Source of the DNA: Schmidtea polychroa
Lineage: Eukaryota
Length of the DNA: 64,000 nucleotides
Direction of reading: 5' to 3'
Assembly (NCBI GenBank): GCA_044892525.1
Contig: CM097885.1
Location: 94,736,001-94,800,000, forward strand
A model generated the notes under the pieces. The model made no database searches. It saw only the letters and a list, made by a program, of their open reading frames with translations, and was not told the origin of the DNA. The translations under genes were made by a program, and so were the position numbers. Below are positions 1 to 11,993 of the stretch, one piece after another. How positions within the stretch are numbered: the first letter of the stretch is position 1; every line of letters begins with the position of its first letter.

Positions 1-57
1 ATAACGTAAATTAGGATTGGCCGGCTCCATTCAAAGATTATGTCCATAATATAAGTG

Positions 58-556
58 AAAAGTTAACATTAACAATATGATTCTGATATTTTATAAAATA
101 TTACAAACTGATCAACAAAGTTTTAATATTATTGTAATATTATTATTGTAATATATTAATGAGATTGACAAGGACTATCTTATAGTCGAAAATTTTTTCA
201 TTAAATACATTATTTGCAGCAAAAGGCTTAAATTATCATTTTATTGTTTTAATGTAATATAATTAAGATTAAAATTACATTCTTGACATTTTATATTTTA
301 ATTAATTAATTTTTGGAATATTAATTTTATATAAATTATGAGAAATTCTTTGTCTCATCTTTATATTTTTCAAAAAATTTAATCACGGAAAACTTAATCA
401 AATCAATTTGATCTAATAATATTATGAAATCTGATTAAACTATTTGACAGAAAATAAATAATATTTATTACAATAAATAAATTTTATATTTTTAAAAAGT
501 TTGCTTATTATTTTGTTAAATTAAGTCATCACACATTTTTGTAAGAAATATTTTAG
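58..556. repeat. AT-rich dispersed repeat, copy A (direct copy at ~3039-3420)
   Basis: Long blocks are nearly identical to 3039-3420, e.g. taacaatatgatt..ttacaaactgatcaacaaagttttaatatt and ggaatattaattttatataaattatgagaaattct..ttaagtcatcacacatttttgtaagaaa. Confidence 0.85.
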
Positions 557-904
557 TGTAAAATTTATTTTAGAATTTTCTCCAAAATAAACTTTTTATT
601 TTTATCGAAAGTGAAATTATTCTTGATCTCAGTGTCTTTTTTTGCAATATTAAATTTGGGGAGATAATTCAAAAAAAACCGGTGATTTCTCCATGGAAAT
701 ATGAAATCAGCTAGACAAACTGATAGTTATAAATAAATATTAAATATTTGAAAGATTTAATCACAAAAATCTAGATTTTGCAGTTATTTTGTGTAATATC
801 ATTCATCAAAAACCACTGCCACCCACAATGAGCATATATATATTTCTTTTGAGGTTTGAGGAATTATGTAATATAGATAACTTTCTTATTATTTATTACT
901 CATG

Positions 905-2215
905 AAGAAAATAGAATCTCAGAAAGGAAAAGAATTGCTGTTATATGACGGATTTAGATTGGAAAGTCAAGGATCAGCGTGAATCGAAGCATTTCTTGGC
1001 AGTGTGCTGTGTCAGCTTATTGATGAAGACCGAAGATTCTCAACGATGATGTAACTCATCATTCGCCAGATGTTCGAAAAAATGATTCACGGACGAGCTG
1101 TAGGTGGGGTAGATAAACAACGGAAAATAATTCAATTCGGGTGTGCTTTTAACAGCTTCTTTTCACTTACAGAAGTATGCAGCATTGCAGATAGCAATCG
1201 AAAAAACAGGGAAGTGAACTCAGCAGCCGTATTCAACATCTAACACAATATTAGGTATTGCGGATGGGCCTTGAAACAGCTTTCATGATAGGAATTTTGT
1301 AGTCTTGGATTCTGGAGCTCCTAATGGTTATTTTAATGTTTGGAAAGAATGGAAATCTGGAAATTCTGGAGCAACAAAGCTAATGGTTCATCAATGGAAC
1401 ATTTAAAGTATCTCTTCCATTATTCTCTCAAGTCTTCACTATTCACGTCCTGGTCAACAAAACTGCAATTCCTTTGATCAACGGTTTGCTGCAAGATAAT
1501 TGAGAGGTGACATACATTTTAGCATTTCAGAAAATTTTCGAGATATAACCAATATTAAAACCTGGCAGCATAATGACTGACTTTGTGATTGAGAGTCACA
1601 ATGTTGATGAGAATGTTTCCCCGGCAGCGCAATTGGTTGGCTGTCTCTTTCACTTAGGACAGTGTTTTTAGCGAAAATTTCCTAAAGTTTATTTGATTGC
1701 AGTTTTTGAGACGACGAGATACTATGACTCCATATCAATATGTTGGTCGTCTTAAATTTTGTTGCAGGCAATGATTATACATCTACCTTTAATACTCTGG
1801 TCAAGAATTTTCATGGTGAGATGAATGACCTTGACAACTTGGACGATAGTTATATACACAAACAGAGACTCCTTCAAAGACTTGAACTGTAATTCACCGT
1901 AAAGCTGTGGAACGTTGGTAACCAAGTCATCCATATACTACGCAGTAAGAACCATTCAATAGAGACATGGCATCGTTCCTTCCAACATACAATTGACCGA
2001 CATCATTCATTCATATACATACTCAATGACCAGTTTCGGAAGTAGCAGGATCGAGTTGAAATTGATATAAAACGATTTAGAGCTGGAATAAGGAAGTGAC
2101 TAAGGCAAAATATGTCTAACTCAATCGACGTTTATAGACTGTGGTACCAACTTACAACACCATCAACATCCTAGATTATCTCCGTGGAATTGCTCACAAC
2201 CTTCCAGTACAGGTC
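905..2215 (+). pseudogene. Degenerate Mutator/MULE (FLYWCH-type) transposase
   Basis: Hand-translated fragments: KIESQKGKELLLYDGFR (FLYWCH-like), CLFHLGQC (MULE CxFH motif, ~1640), and WNV and RT/E-WH-like C-terminal motifs (~1910-1975). Many stops and frameshifts. Confidence 0.55.
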
Positions 2216-2694
2216 CACTGAGCAGTTGCTAACGTGTTTGTAATTTTATCATTATAATTATAATTTTTTTAATTACCATTATCGTAGCTGATGTTGCTAA
2301 ATAAACCATACAATTTCTTATTACCGTACTATTATTATATACTAATACTGGTTGGGCTTATTGTCTGGGTTGTTTTATCAGGTCTTGGGATATTTTTGGT
2401 TTTGTTTTAATCGAATGATTTTTAAATGTTATTTTAAAATAATTGTAAATTTTAAGATTACAAAAATTCAGTTAATAAAAACGACTGCCCTATCAGCCTA
2501 CAATACACTTGAATCATTTTATCAGTTAGAAATAATTATCAAAGCCTTATCCAATATACTTTGGTGAATCAGTTTTTATAACATATTCACACGCACTGTC
2601 ATTTTTAGAGTTCAAAGTTGATAAAGATTTGTCGTTTACACATAAAAAACTGAAACCCTTTTGGTCCATGTTATTTACAGCGGTAAAATTTATG

Positions 2695-2698
<4 letters not shown>

Positions 2699-2730
<32 letters not shown>
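2699..2730. repeat. (TA)n microsatellite
   Basis: Directly visible. Confidence 0.95.
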
Positions 2731-2736
<6 letters not shown>

Positions 2737-3038
2737 CTATACAAAATAAATTCTCACAGTAATTTGAACCAAGTTGACCAAAATTGATTGTGGGTCTGTT
2801 GAGTTGATATCCTTATATTTATATACCATATCTTTCTGGATTGTGGTAGTAAGAGGCGTTAATATCTGAATATTGCATAAAATTATGTTTCAATATGTAT
2901 CAAATTACTCACCCGATCTGTAGGATTGGATTCGTAATATGCTACCACAACTATCAAGGCCAGAGTAAAGCATATTAAGACTACACAGATCTAAATTCAA
3001 ATTGAATTAAAATAGAAAAAGCTAATTTTTAAAAATAT

Positions 3039-3420
3039 ATTAACAATATGATTATGATATATTATAAAATATTACAAACTGATCAACAAAGTTTTAATAT
3101 TATTTATGTAATATAATTATTATTATGTTATTTAAATTAAATTAAAATTACATTTTATATTTTAATTAATTGATTTTTGGAATATTAATTTTATATAAAT
3201 TATGAGAAATTCTTTCTCTCATCTTTATATTTTTCAAAAAATTTAATTACGGAAAACTTTATCAAATCAATTTGATCTAATAATATAATGAAATCTGATT
3301 AAACTATTTGACAGAAAATAAATAATATTTATTACAATAAATAAATTTTATATTTTTAAAAAGTCTGCTTATTATTTTGTTAAATTAAGTCATCACACAT
3401 TTTTGTAAGAAAAATTTTAG
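3039..3420. repeat. AT-rich dispersed repeat, copy B
   Basis: Direct copy of 58-556 with small indels. Confidence 0.85.
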
Positions 3421-4380
3421 AAAAATCATAATTGCAGCCCAACAAAATAATAAAAATTACAACTCTATAGGAATTTTTAAATTAAAAAATAATATTAATT
3501 TGGTTTATGATCTTAATTATTTTTCCAAACTTAATTTTTTTATTTTAATTATATAAAATCAATTTATTTTTTTAAATATTATTTTGATCACCCGATTTTT
3601 TTTTATTTTTTTCTATTTTAGACTATCGATCAATATTTTATTTTATATTTAATACAAAATATCGATGGATCGTCTAAAATGAAAATTAAAATAAATGAAA
3701 TTGAAAAATGATCAGTATAACAAATGTTAACTGCTCAATTTCATAATATTTTTCAAATGAATTCTTAATTCAACTAAAAATATATGAGGTAATAATGTTA
3801 TACTAATTTCCCAAAAATATTTTGGGTTTGTATTTAATTTTCAAAAAATCTTAATTGTTGCTGTTATTTTATATCAAAATTAATAAAATTATATTTTTCG
3901 AAATTGATAAATTATATTGTCAGGATCAAGGACGATAGGACGATTTCAAAGATAACAGAATCCTGATAGATCTCTAAAGACATTCAAATGATGGATATAC
4001 CACCCTTTCACAATCTGCTCTCATATCGAAAATCTGTCTATGATGAAAATCGTATTTCTCTTGTTTGAACCAACAATGAAACATCTTTCATATTATTTGA
4101 AAAATATGACATTGAAATCAAATTCCATAACCTAAAAATTTCTTCAAAAATGCTCTAAAGCAGCCGAAAATCATTCCATTTCCCTACAATCATTCAACTT
4201 GAATTATCAACCTTTGCAATTATTTAAAACAAAGTCTTCTCTCCAAATTCCCGGAATCAACATCTCTATTTTAAAAATATCCTTAGAATTTTATTCCTAT
4301 AAAAACAATTAAAAACCTAATAAAACTAATATCAAATGGGTTCCATGTGGATAAATAATAAAATCAAAACCAAATCCTAC

Positions 4381-4835
4381 CACAATCAATATCAGTTTCA
4401 ATGAACAACAGCAAACCGCAACAATTCCTATCACAGCGAGGGCAATTAAAATCAACCCAGCAACAAAAGCAATGATTCCAATCGAGGCTGTCAAGAAAAA
4501 ATGATTTCAATTCAAAAACAAAAATCGAATCCTATTTCCAACTTACAGGAATTCTGTTGAATAAGAGAAAAAACTCCACTTGCATTTGAGTCGATATTCA
4601 ATTTTTTCAGAAAATTCGTAATATCTTCCTGCAAATTATAAATTCTCTTCAAAAATAAATCCACTCCCCATAGCAAAAGTGCTCCAATGACGACTAGGAT
4701 AATTCCCATCGTCTAAAACAATAAAAAGAATTCATACATCCCGTAGAAAAAATGAAAAAACAAATCAAAATTTACCATCAATAAGCCGTTGACAATACTT
4801 ATTGCAAATTTCAATAAACATGATATGACGCACAT
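4381..4835 (-). CDS. Tetraspanin-like gene, first three exons (4835-4776, 4712-4547, 4487-4381); 3' part unresolved, possibly pseudogenised
   Basis: GT-AG introns of 63 and 59 nt join in frame to give MCVISCLLKFAISIVNGLLMTMGIILVVIGALLLW...QQNSSSIGIIAFVAGLILIALAVIGIVAVCCCSLKLILIV. This matches the tetraspanin TM1-EC1-TM2-TM3 layout. Confidence 0.7.
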
Positions 4836-6729
4836 TCTCGTTTGATATCAAGAATAAAATATAAAATCCAAAGAATCAAATTGTAAACGTTTGAAATAAA
4901 TTTAAAAAATTTTAATATCGACTTTATTATATCTCGAATCGCATGCATAAATTCATTTTTTCTATGCTTGAAATCTGATTGGTTGAATACTAAATTATTG
5001 TTCTCAAATCAACTATTTTATTAAACAATCGTTTTAAACAACTAAGCATTAAATTCATATGTAATATACTTCATTATTGATTGGTTGTTATGGTTTCCAT
5101 ATAACTCGTGTTTAACTGGGCGTTCAAATCAAACAAGCCGGAAAATATTTCAAGCATTGATTTTCTTTCCAATGACAAATATTATTTATTACGTGCTAAA
5201 ATTATTACATTTCACAGCACATTTACGTGAAAATTCTTGAGTTTTTTTTTATCACATGCTTTTATTTGAATAATTTATTACGACTTATTTTGAGCTAAAA
5301 TTAAATATTTTTCTTATTGATTTTTTGATAGTGCAAATTTGATTTCACAATGAATTCTGCATTTAGTGATAATAATATACAAAAACTAATAAATTTAATT
5401 AACTGAAATATTTTGAAATTGTATTTTTAATTACATTATATAAACAAATCTATCCTTGGTTTTTATCTTACATCCACTGCCAAATTCTTAGATTTTCTTT
5501 CCCTTTCAAATCCATATTGGAGGTCTCGAAAATGATCTGGCTTTTTGTTCATATTTTTTTGTCTTACTGAATATCTTGCCAATTCTGCAACTTCTGCTGC
5601 TTGTCTCGATATTTCAGATATTTCTCCATCTATTATATCTGTCATTCTCAATCTTTTCAAACAATTATCCCCTCCGTTACAATATCATTTGGTCTGCGAG
5701 GAATTATTTTTATTTGATTATACTTTTGCCAGGTTATTCTTCCATCAATTTTACTCTGAAGCTTCATCGTCCAATCTTTTATTTATTTTTATAATTTCAT
5801 ATGACACAATATATTTTGCTTCCAAACCGTTCCTCTGTTCAATTTTAAGAAGTGTCCATTCTCCTGCCTCTATTTTTGTGTTCCATTTATTTTTGTTGTA
5901 AATCTTTTCCATGTACGTTCTTGTTTTGTCTCACCATATTTTAACTTCCCTTTCAATGTGATTAATATATCATTTCTCAAATTTTCAATAAACTTCTACG
6001 TTTGATATTTCAATTCTTACTATTTCCTCTTTATTTCTTACTAACTACCTTGTTTCTTTCACTGTTTGATGTTATTGATTCCTTTGCCATTTTTATTCAT
6101 TTTTCTATTCCACCCTCATTTCCGCAAAAATACAAAAAAAACAAGATAGTGGGTTTCATAGTTAGTTTGTTACCAAAGTATATGTTCAAAAATTTAAAAG
6201 AAGAAAATTGTAAACTTTGTGAAGTAAACTACAGCAATATCAAAACATTCAATAAACAATCGTTACACATAAAAATACACAATTCAGACAACAGTTGCGA
6301 TTTCATCGTATCCGGTGTAAAACCAACCCATTATAGGAGCTGATTACAATCTTTTGGTCAATTGTCGAAACAAAAATACAACGCGAATCACAATAGAAAC
6401 TAATATAAACTCGAACACAAAAACAAACTATAAAAAACTAAAATGTTTAAACAAACTGTGATATTGGAGTGATAACCAATCATAATGGTCATAAGCACAA
6501 AACAAACATGGAAAACACTAACATAAACACGAATAACACAATACCCAAAAATCAAAGATTTTTTAAAAACTTACCTATCAATCACAAACAAATTCTCCTA
6601 GAAAATTACAACTAAATGCATAACTGAACACACAATAATAACAAATGGAAATCCAGTTCACGCTAAAGTCAGACAGCTTGACAACAAAATATTAGAAATA
6701 AATATTCAAAGATCAATTAGAAAAAAAAT

Positions 6730-7010
6730 GATACAACATTCAAACTCAAACTGGTCATTAGCACTGATGTTAAAAGAAAAAGCAAATGGGGAATGGAGCA
6801 CAGTACCCGACAAATATCCCATACCAATAATCAACAGTGTCACCAACACCAAATCAAATACTTCACTTTTGATAGAGAATTAATAGCTGTACATGAAACA
6901 ATAAAACACTTCTATTACATACTAGAAGGGAAATACTTCAAACTATTCACAGACTACAAGCCACTAGTGAATGAAATGAACATGAAACTGCCTTCACCAA
7001 GACAAATATG
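6730..7010 (+). pseudogene. Ty3/Gypsy RT/RNase H relic
   Basis: TFDRELIAVHETIKHFYYILEGKYFKLFTDYKPLV is a Gypsy RNase H motif. An upstream W-S..KEKANGEW RT-entry-like motif is also present. Confidence 0.75.
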
Positions 7011-7259
7011 AAAATTAAATTACATATCACAATTTACACATATCTGGCAAGTCAACATTTCTGCATAAATGTTATTATGAATCCAAACACAAATAAACAC
7101 CATCGACATGATCCCAATTGTAAACAAAGAAATATTGAGAAACAAACAAGAAACAATATAAATAAAGGTAAAAGGATATTATTTATAATTAGAAAGAAAT
7201 ATTTTAATTTTATCTTAGAGATGAATTTTAATTATATCCCAAGTGAAGGTAATAAAAAT

Positions 7260-8880
7260 ATATGAACGGAAAACCTAGAGCGCTTTGGTCACAGCTTCAA
7301 AAATCAAAAATATCACTTTCAGGAAACAATGGCTACCCTCAACAAAAGGCCTACTGAAGAAATTGTTTTAAGATTCAGATGTTTGAATTAGCAAATAAAA
7401 AATAAGAAGAAAAGGATAAACGTCATAGCCGCTGAGCTTGTGGAATTATGGAAACGGTTCAGATACAATAGTAAAGAAGCTTCAGGGATTAGTTGATAAA
7501 ATGACAAAGATCTGAAACGTTGTGATGTCTCCGTTAATTTTAACATAAAGTCAGCTAAAGGCACTTGGCTATGTAAAAAAGATAAAGACTTTTATGACTT
7601 ACAATTAAAATCAAAGGGCAAAATAGGATTTTGTACCAACCACATTGACAATTCAAAAATACATCCCTCCAAGAGGAAAATAGTTTATACTTCAGATAAT
7701 CAGTTTGCTGCAACATCTGCAATGATGGCATGTTCTGTATCCGAATACTCTAGTTCTAATAAAGATGAGGCTTTGGACATTATATCCGAAAGTGATAGTC
7801 CTTTGAGAAATAAGACGACATAGAACGATACAAAAGCGGCTGTACGTATTGTTGCCACTACACAATTACCTATCAGAAAAGCGACAAGTATTTGTAAAAC
7901 TTTAAAAGAAAAGTCAAAACTAAAGATTCTATCGCCATCAGTTTCTGGAGTTTACAGGGCAACTATCAATGCCGCTGACAAACTAAAAAAACAATATCAA
8001 CAGGAATTACAAAAGGAAGTGGAACCTCCATTTTGATGGCAAGCACATAACGTATAAGGTTGATGGAAAAAGAGTTGAACATCAGGGGATATTGATAAAA
8101 AATAAAGACCGAGAAGTCTGTATAGGTGTCCTTATTTTATCAAGTGGACAAGCTGAGCCAATTTTTGACGGAATTATGAATGTTATTAATGAGTTTAATC
8201 TATTGCATTCAATTAAAATGATTGTAGCAGACACAACTGCTGTCAACACTGGTAAGAAAAGAGGTGTCATTGTCAGACTTCAGAGAGCTGCAAATTCTCG
8301 AGGATTAAAAGAACCAGTTTTTATTGGATGCCAACAACACATACTTGATACCGTCTTGAAACATGTGCTCAATGATGTTTGATGAAAAAACTCAATCACC
8401 AGCTATTAATTATTTCTTTGTAAAAAAAAGATTCAAACTTCTTACAATGAATTAAAAGCTACATTTGTAAACGACGGTTTCACTGTGTGTTCAAAGTAAA
8501 GGATGGAGAGATGACATGAAATTACTTCACCACCTTATTGAAGTTTATAAGTACTTCATAGAAAATGATCATTTACTTAAGGTCAACATACCTGTTAGAC
8601 TTCCTAATCTCTCGAATGCAAGATGGAATTCTCGTGCCATTTACCTGCTTTTGACTTTTTTGCTCTGCCCAGACACAAGACTTGACCAAAGAATGGTGGA
8701 TGCGTGTGAATTTGTCGTAAAGTGGAGCTTCTTTTGGTTCAGAGACCAGAAATATGAGCCTAGTTCCTTTGAAATGCTGATTGGTATTTGTGAGAAGTAC
8801 AATAAAGCAAAATAATCAGTTATAAACTTTTGGAGTCAGGCACCGTCACCAATAGACACACCTCGATCCAACATATGTAT
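7260..8880 (+). pseudogene. Degenerate hAT-related DDE transposase
   Basis: ORFs 8092-8382 (ADTTAVNTG...G...GCQQHIL, CxxH motif) and 8516-8815 (NARWNSRA, hAT RW motif), broken by stops. Confidence 0.6.
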
Positions 8881-9621
8881 AGGATTTTATTTTATTATTA
8901 TAAGAACTTTTTTCAATTTTCACCATTGATTTCTTTTCAGTTGACATTGCATTTATTAAAAAGCTTGACTATGAATCAGTAACAGAAAAAATCACTATTT
9001 GATCAGAAAATTATAATTATATTTATTTAAATTTATAAAATATATTGCTATTCCATTGTGATTTATTTGTAGTTTGTAGAATTTTATAATCAAATAAACC
9101 AGATTTACTGGCCATTTCATCGCCTACAACGTAGTACATAATTTCTGCATCAATAAGCATTGATGTTGTTTCTATTTTATATTGCGTAAAATGCGTTTTT
9201 AGCTCTTATTTAACATCAAAAGTAATACCACGTTTTAGGTTTTAGAAACTCAATCAATATTATTTAATTATTTAATTAAAATTATATCATCACGTTCTAT
9301 TACGTTATATCAACATTCACAATTCAAGAGAGCATTATTAAATGTGAATTAAAGTCTAACATATTATTAAAAAGGAAGGATAGAGTTTTTGGTGCCATTG
9401 ACAGAAAGTAGAAATTATATCGTTTGTAATTTCTGCTAATTGAGTTATTGCTAAATCTTATTGTTTTAATAAAAGACAAGTAGAAACAGAAGTCATTGTT
9501 TATTACTTGAAAATATTTAACAAGCCGACATTACTAAAAGTTTAATTATTGCAATATTATACCTCAGGGACGTTGTACCCCAAGGGGCTCACATACTTGA
9601 TTTAATTTTAAAAGTTTAATC

Positions 9622-9996
9622 GGTACTTCCGTGTTATCTTACCCCCAAAAATTAAATTAAAAAAGAACACATTTAATTATAATATTTATTTTCTAAATCA
9701 CAGTTACAAACTCAGCAAATGTTTGTAAAGAGTTTGTAAATGGTCATCCAGGTGGCCAGAAAACCACAATGTCGTTGAGAATAGTGTCGAACACATCGGC
9801 AATGTTGCTTAGAACACGTTTGCGCCACATAAACTCACATAATCACATAATCACATAAATCACAGATAGCCTTAATAAATTCATGTTCAATAATGTTCAA
9901 TAACGTCATCAATAATGTATTCTCTCATTTTTTATATTGTTATTTTAATTGTATTTTTTAATTTAATTTTTGGGGGTAAGATAACACGGAAGTACC
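9622..9996 (-). mobile_element. Non-autonomous Merlin (IS1595-like) element
   Basis: TIR GGTACTTCCGTGTTATCTTACCCCCAAAAATTAAATTAAAAA (~42 bp). Perfect 8-bp TSD GTTTAATC (9614-9621 / 9997-10004). Minus-strand internal EFMWRKRVL... resembles the ISXO2/Merlin C-terminus. Confidence 0.8.
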
Positions 9997-10514
9997 GTTT
10001 AATCTTTTAATTTTTAGAAACTAAACCAATATTATTTAATTAAAATCATATCATTACGTTTTCAAATTTCAAAAGAGCATTATTAAGTGTGAATTAAGAG
10101 TAAAAGTTTAATTATTACAATACTATAACTCATGCACTCACACAAGTAACTCACAGGTTTGAGCCCCCCCCCCTTCTACCCAAGACCATAAAAAATCATT
10201 AAATTTATTGTGACTTCCAAAATGAATAAAACCAATTAAATGGTTTTGGTTTGTTGAATATTCACTAAGAAATTAACTTAAATCAAAAGGATATATTAAA
10301 TGAATTTGAAAAACATAAAAAAAATGAATTTTATTATTTGTATACTCTATCACAGGCTACATACAAACGGAAACATTTCGCGCGGGCTACGTTTAAAAAA
10401 ACATCGAAAAAAGAGCATAAATTTATTATGTTTTATTAAAAAATTGACCATTTTACAATTCTATATAAATGCTAATAAAATCGCAAGATGAAATACAATA
10501 AATATCATATTTAA

Positions 10515-10735
10515 CCCTTTAACCACTAAAACCGTCTACAGACGGTCATCATAAAAACCCCATTCAATTCAAATCAAAACATTTTCGCGTTCCAAACAGT
10601 AAGACCGTTTTTCGTCTGTAAAACTACACACCACAACTTGCAGGTTTGAACACGATCAAACACATGGTTTGCTTGTAACGGTCAGTTTGGTTGAGTTTGG
10701 TTTGTCCTCGTAATTTTATTTCAGTCGTTTAAGGG
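10515..10735. mobile_element. piggyBac-type MITE
   Basis: TTAA|CCCTTTAACCACT ... AGTCGTTTAAGGG|TTAA; 11/13 TIR match and TTAA TSD. Confidence 0.75.
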
Positions 10736-10838
10736 TTAAACATGAGGATCGATTTATATTTTGATAACTAACCATAACATATTATAAAATTTCGATAAAT
10801 ACTTACACAAATACATAAGATAAAGTTTTAAATAGATT

Positions 10839-11676
10839 TTAATGAGAACTTTGGGATTGTTTCTCTTCAACTAATTGGTTTATGTTTGGAGATATTGATG
10901 AAACCGCCACTCGCAAACAGCTTTCTAATCTTTTATTGCTAAGCTTCAAACGGTTATCACTTTGAATTATTTTCATAGCAGAAAATAATTGCTCACATAC
11001 ATAAGTGCTTCTAAAAAGCGTCATAATTTGTAGCTATTCTTGGAAACTTTTTAGCAATGGTTTGAATTTGGTAAAATTCATGTATGCCCATATAATGAAA
11101 CTTATTTTTCAAGTCAGCATTTTTTCGGAAATCAATTAATTCCATTTGTAACTCATAGGGGACTACTTATACATCTATATTAAATGTTGAAGCAAAGGTT
11201 TTGAAATTAATAACTTTGTTTCTTGCTCTTAATACAGTGGCGGAACTTCAAAATTTGGGCCCCCGCGCAATGTAAAATATTTCCACTTAAATTTTTCGGT
11301 TAAAGTTTAATACATAGTTATTCACAGCAGCCGCTATTCAATGATAGTTTTATGTTTGTAGGCAAACATAACTGCGGGAAAAAGTTTCAGAAAATGATTG
11401 TAAATATTTTTTTAGTAATAATTTTGGGCCCCCTATAGCTGGTGGGCCCCCGCAACGCAGGGTCCTGCGTCCACTAGTGACGTCACTGTCTTAATATCTT
11501 AAATCGTGATTCAAATCAAGGTGTTTCAAAGGTGTTTCTTTTTGCAAGTGTGGAAAATGTTTTGTATTGTTTAATAATAGTTTTTTTTCCAAATTTTGAG
11601 CTTGTTTTCAAATGCTTTAACTTTTCAAACATATTGTATATGAACTGATCTTTTCCTTGAAGTTCCAAATTAAAGT
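10839..11676 (-). pseudogene. hAT (GTF2IRD2/SPIN-like) transposase relic, 3' part; continues after the Gypsy insertion at 16742
   Basis: FRSTYVCEQLFSAMK...SNKRLESCLRVAVSSISPNINQLV (hATC domain). With the Gypsy element removed, the minus strand reads LNDFNLELQGKDQFIYNMFEK across the junction. Confidence 0.8.
11235..11488. mobile_element. hAT MITE
   Basis: CAGTGGCGG...CGTCACTG termini; perfect 8-bp TSD TCTTAATA. Confidence 0.85.
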
Positions 11677-11993
11677 TGTGAGGAGTTAAAATTAAAATAC
11701 TAAATTAAATTAGTTCATGATTAAAATTTGTAAAGTTTTAATTGAAACTTAAATTATTTTAAGATATTAAAATTGAAATGATAATTGAAATTTTAAAATA
11801 AAATAATTTTTAATAAAATTGAAATTCAAGTATGAATGCGATGGTATGTTGATATTTGGTTGAAATTAAAATTTAGAAAATGTCCTAAGAATATTTGTTT
11901 ATATAATCAGATTTAATGAAATATAATTTTGGATTTAATAGTCTTAGTAATTTATTTTGATGACAGAAGAATTAAATGTTATAGCTTCTAACA
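11677..11993 (+). repeat. 5' LTR (TG...CA)
   Basis: TGTGAGGAG...CTTCTAACA; matches 16420-16736 except one T/C. Confidence 0.97.

Noticed and set aside
5463-5901. Possible coding exon (MKRLRMTDIIDGEISEISRQ...)
   Set aside because: It has a donor-like end, but upstream frames contain stops and I recognise no family; insufficient support.
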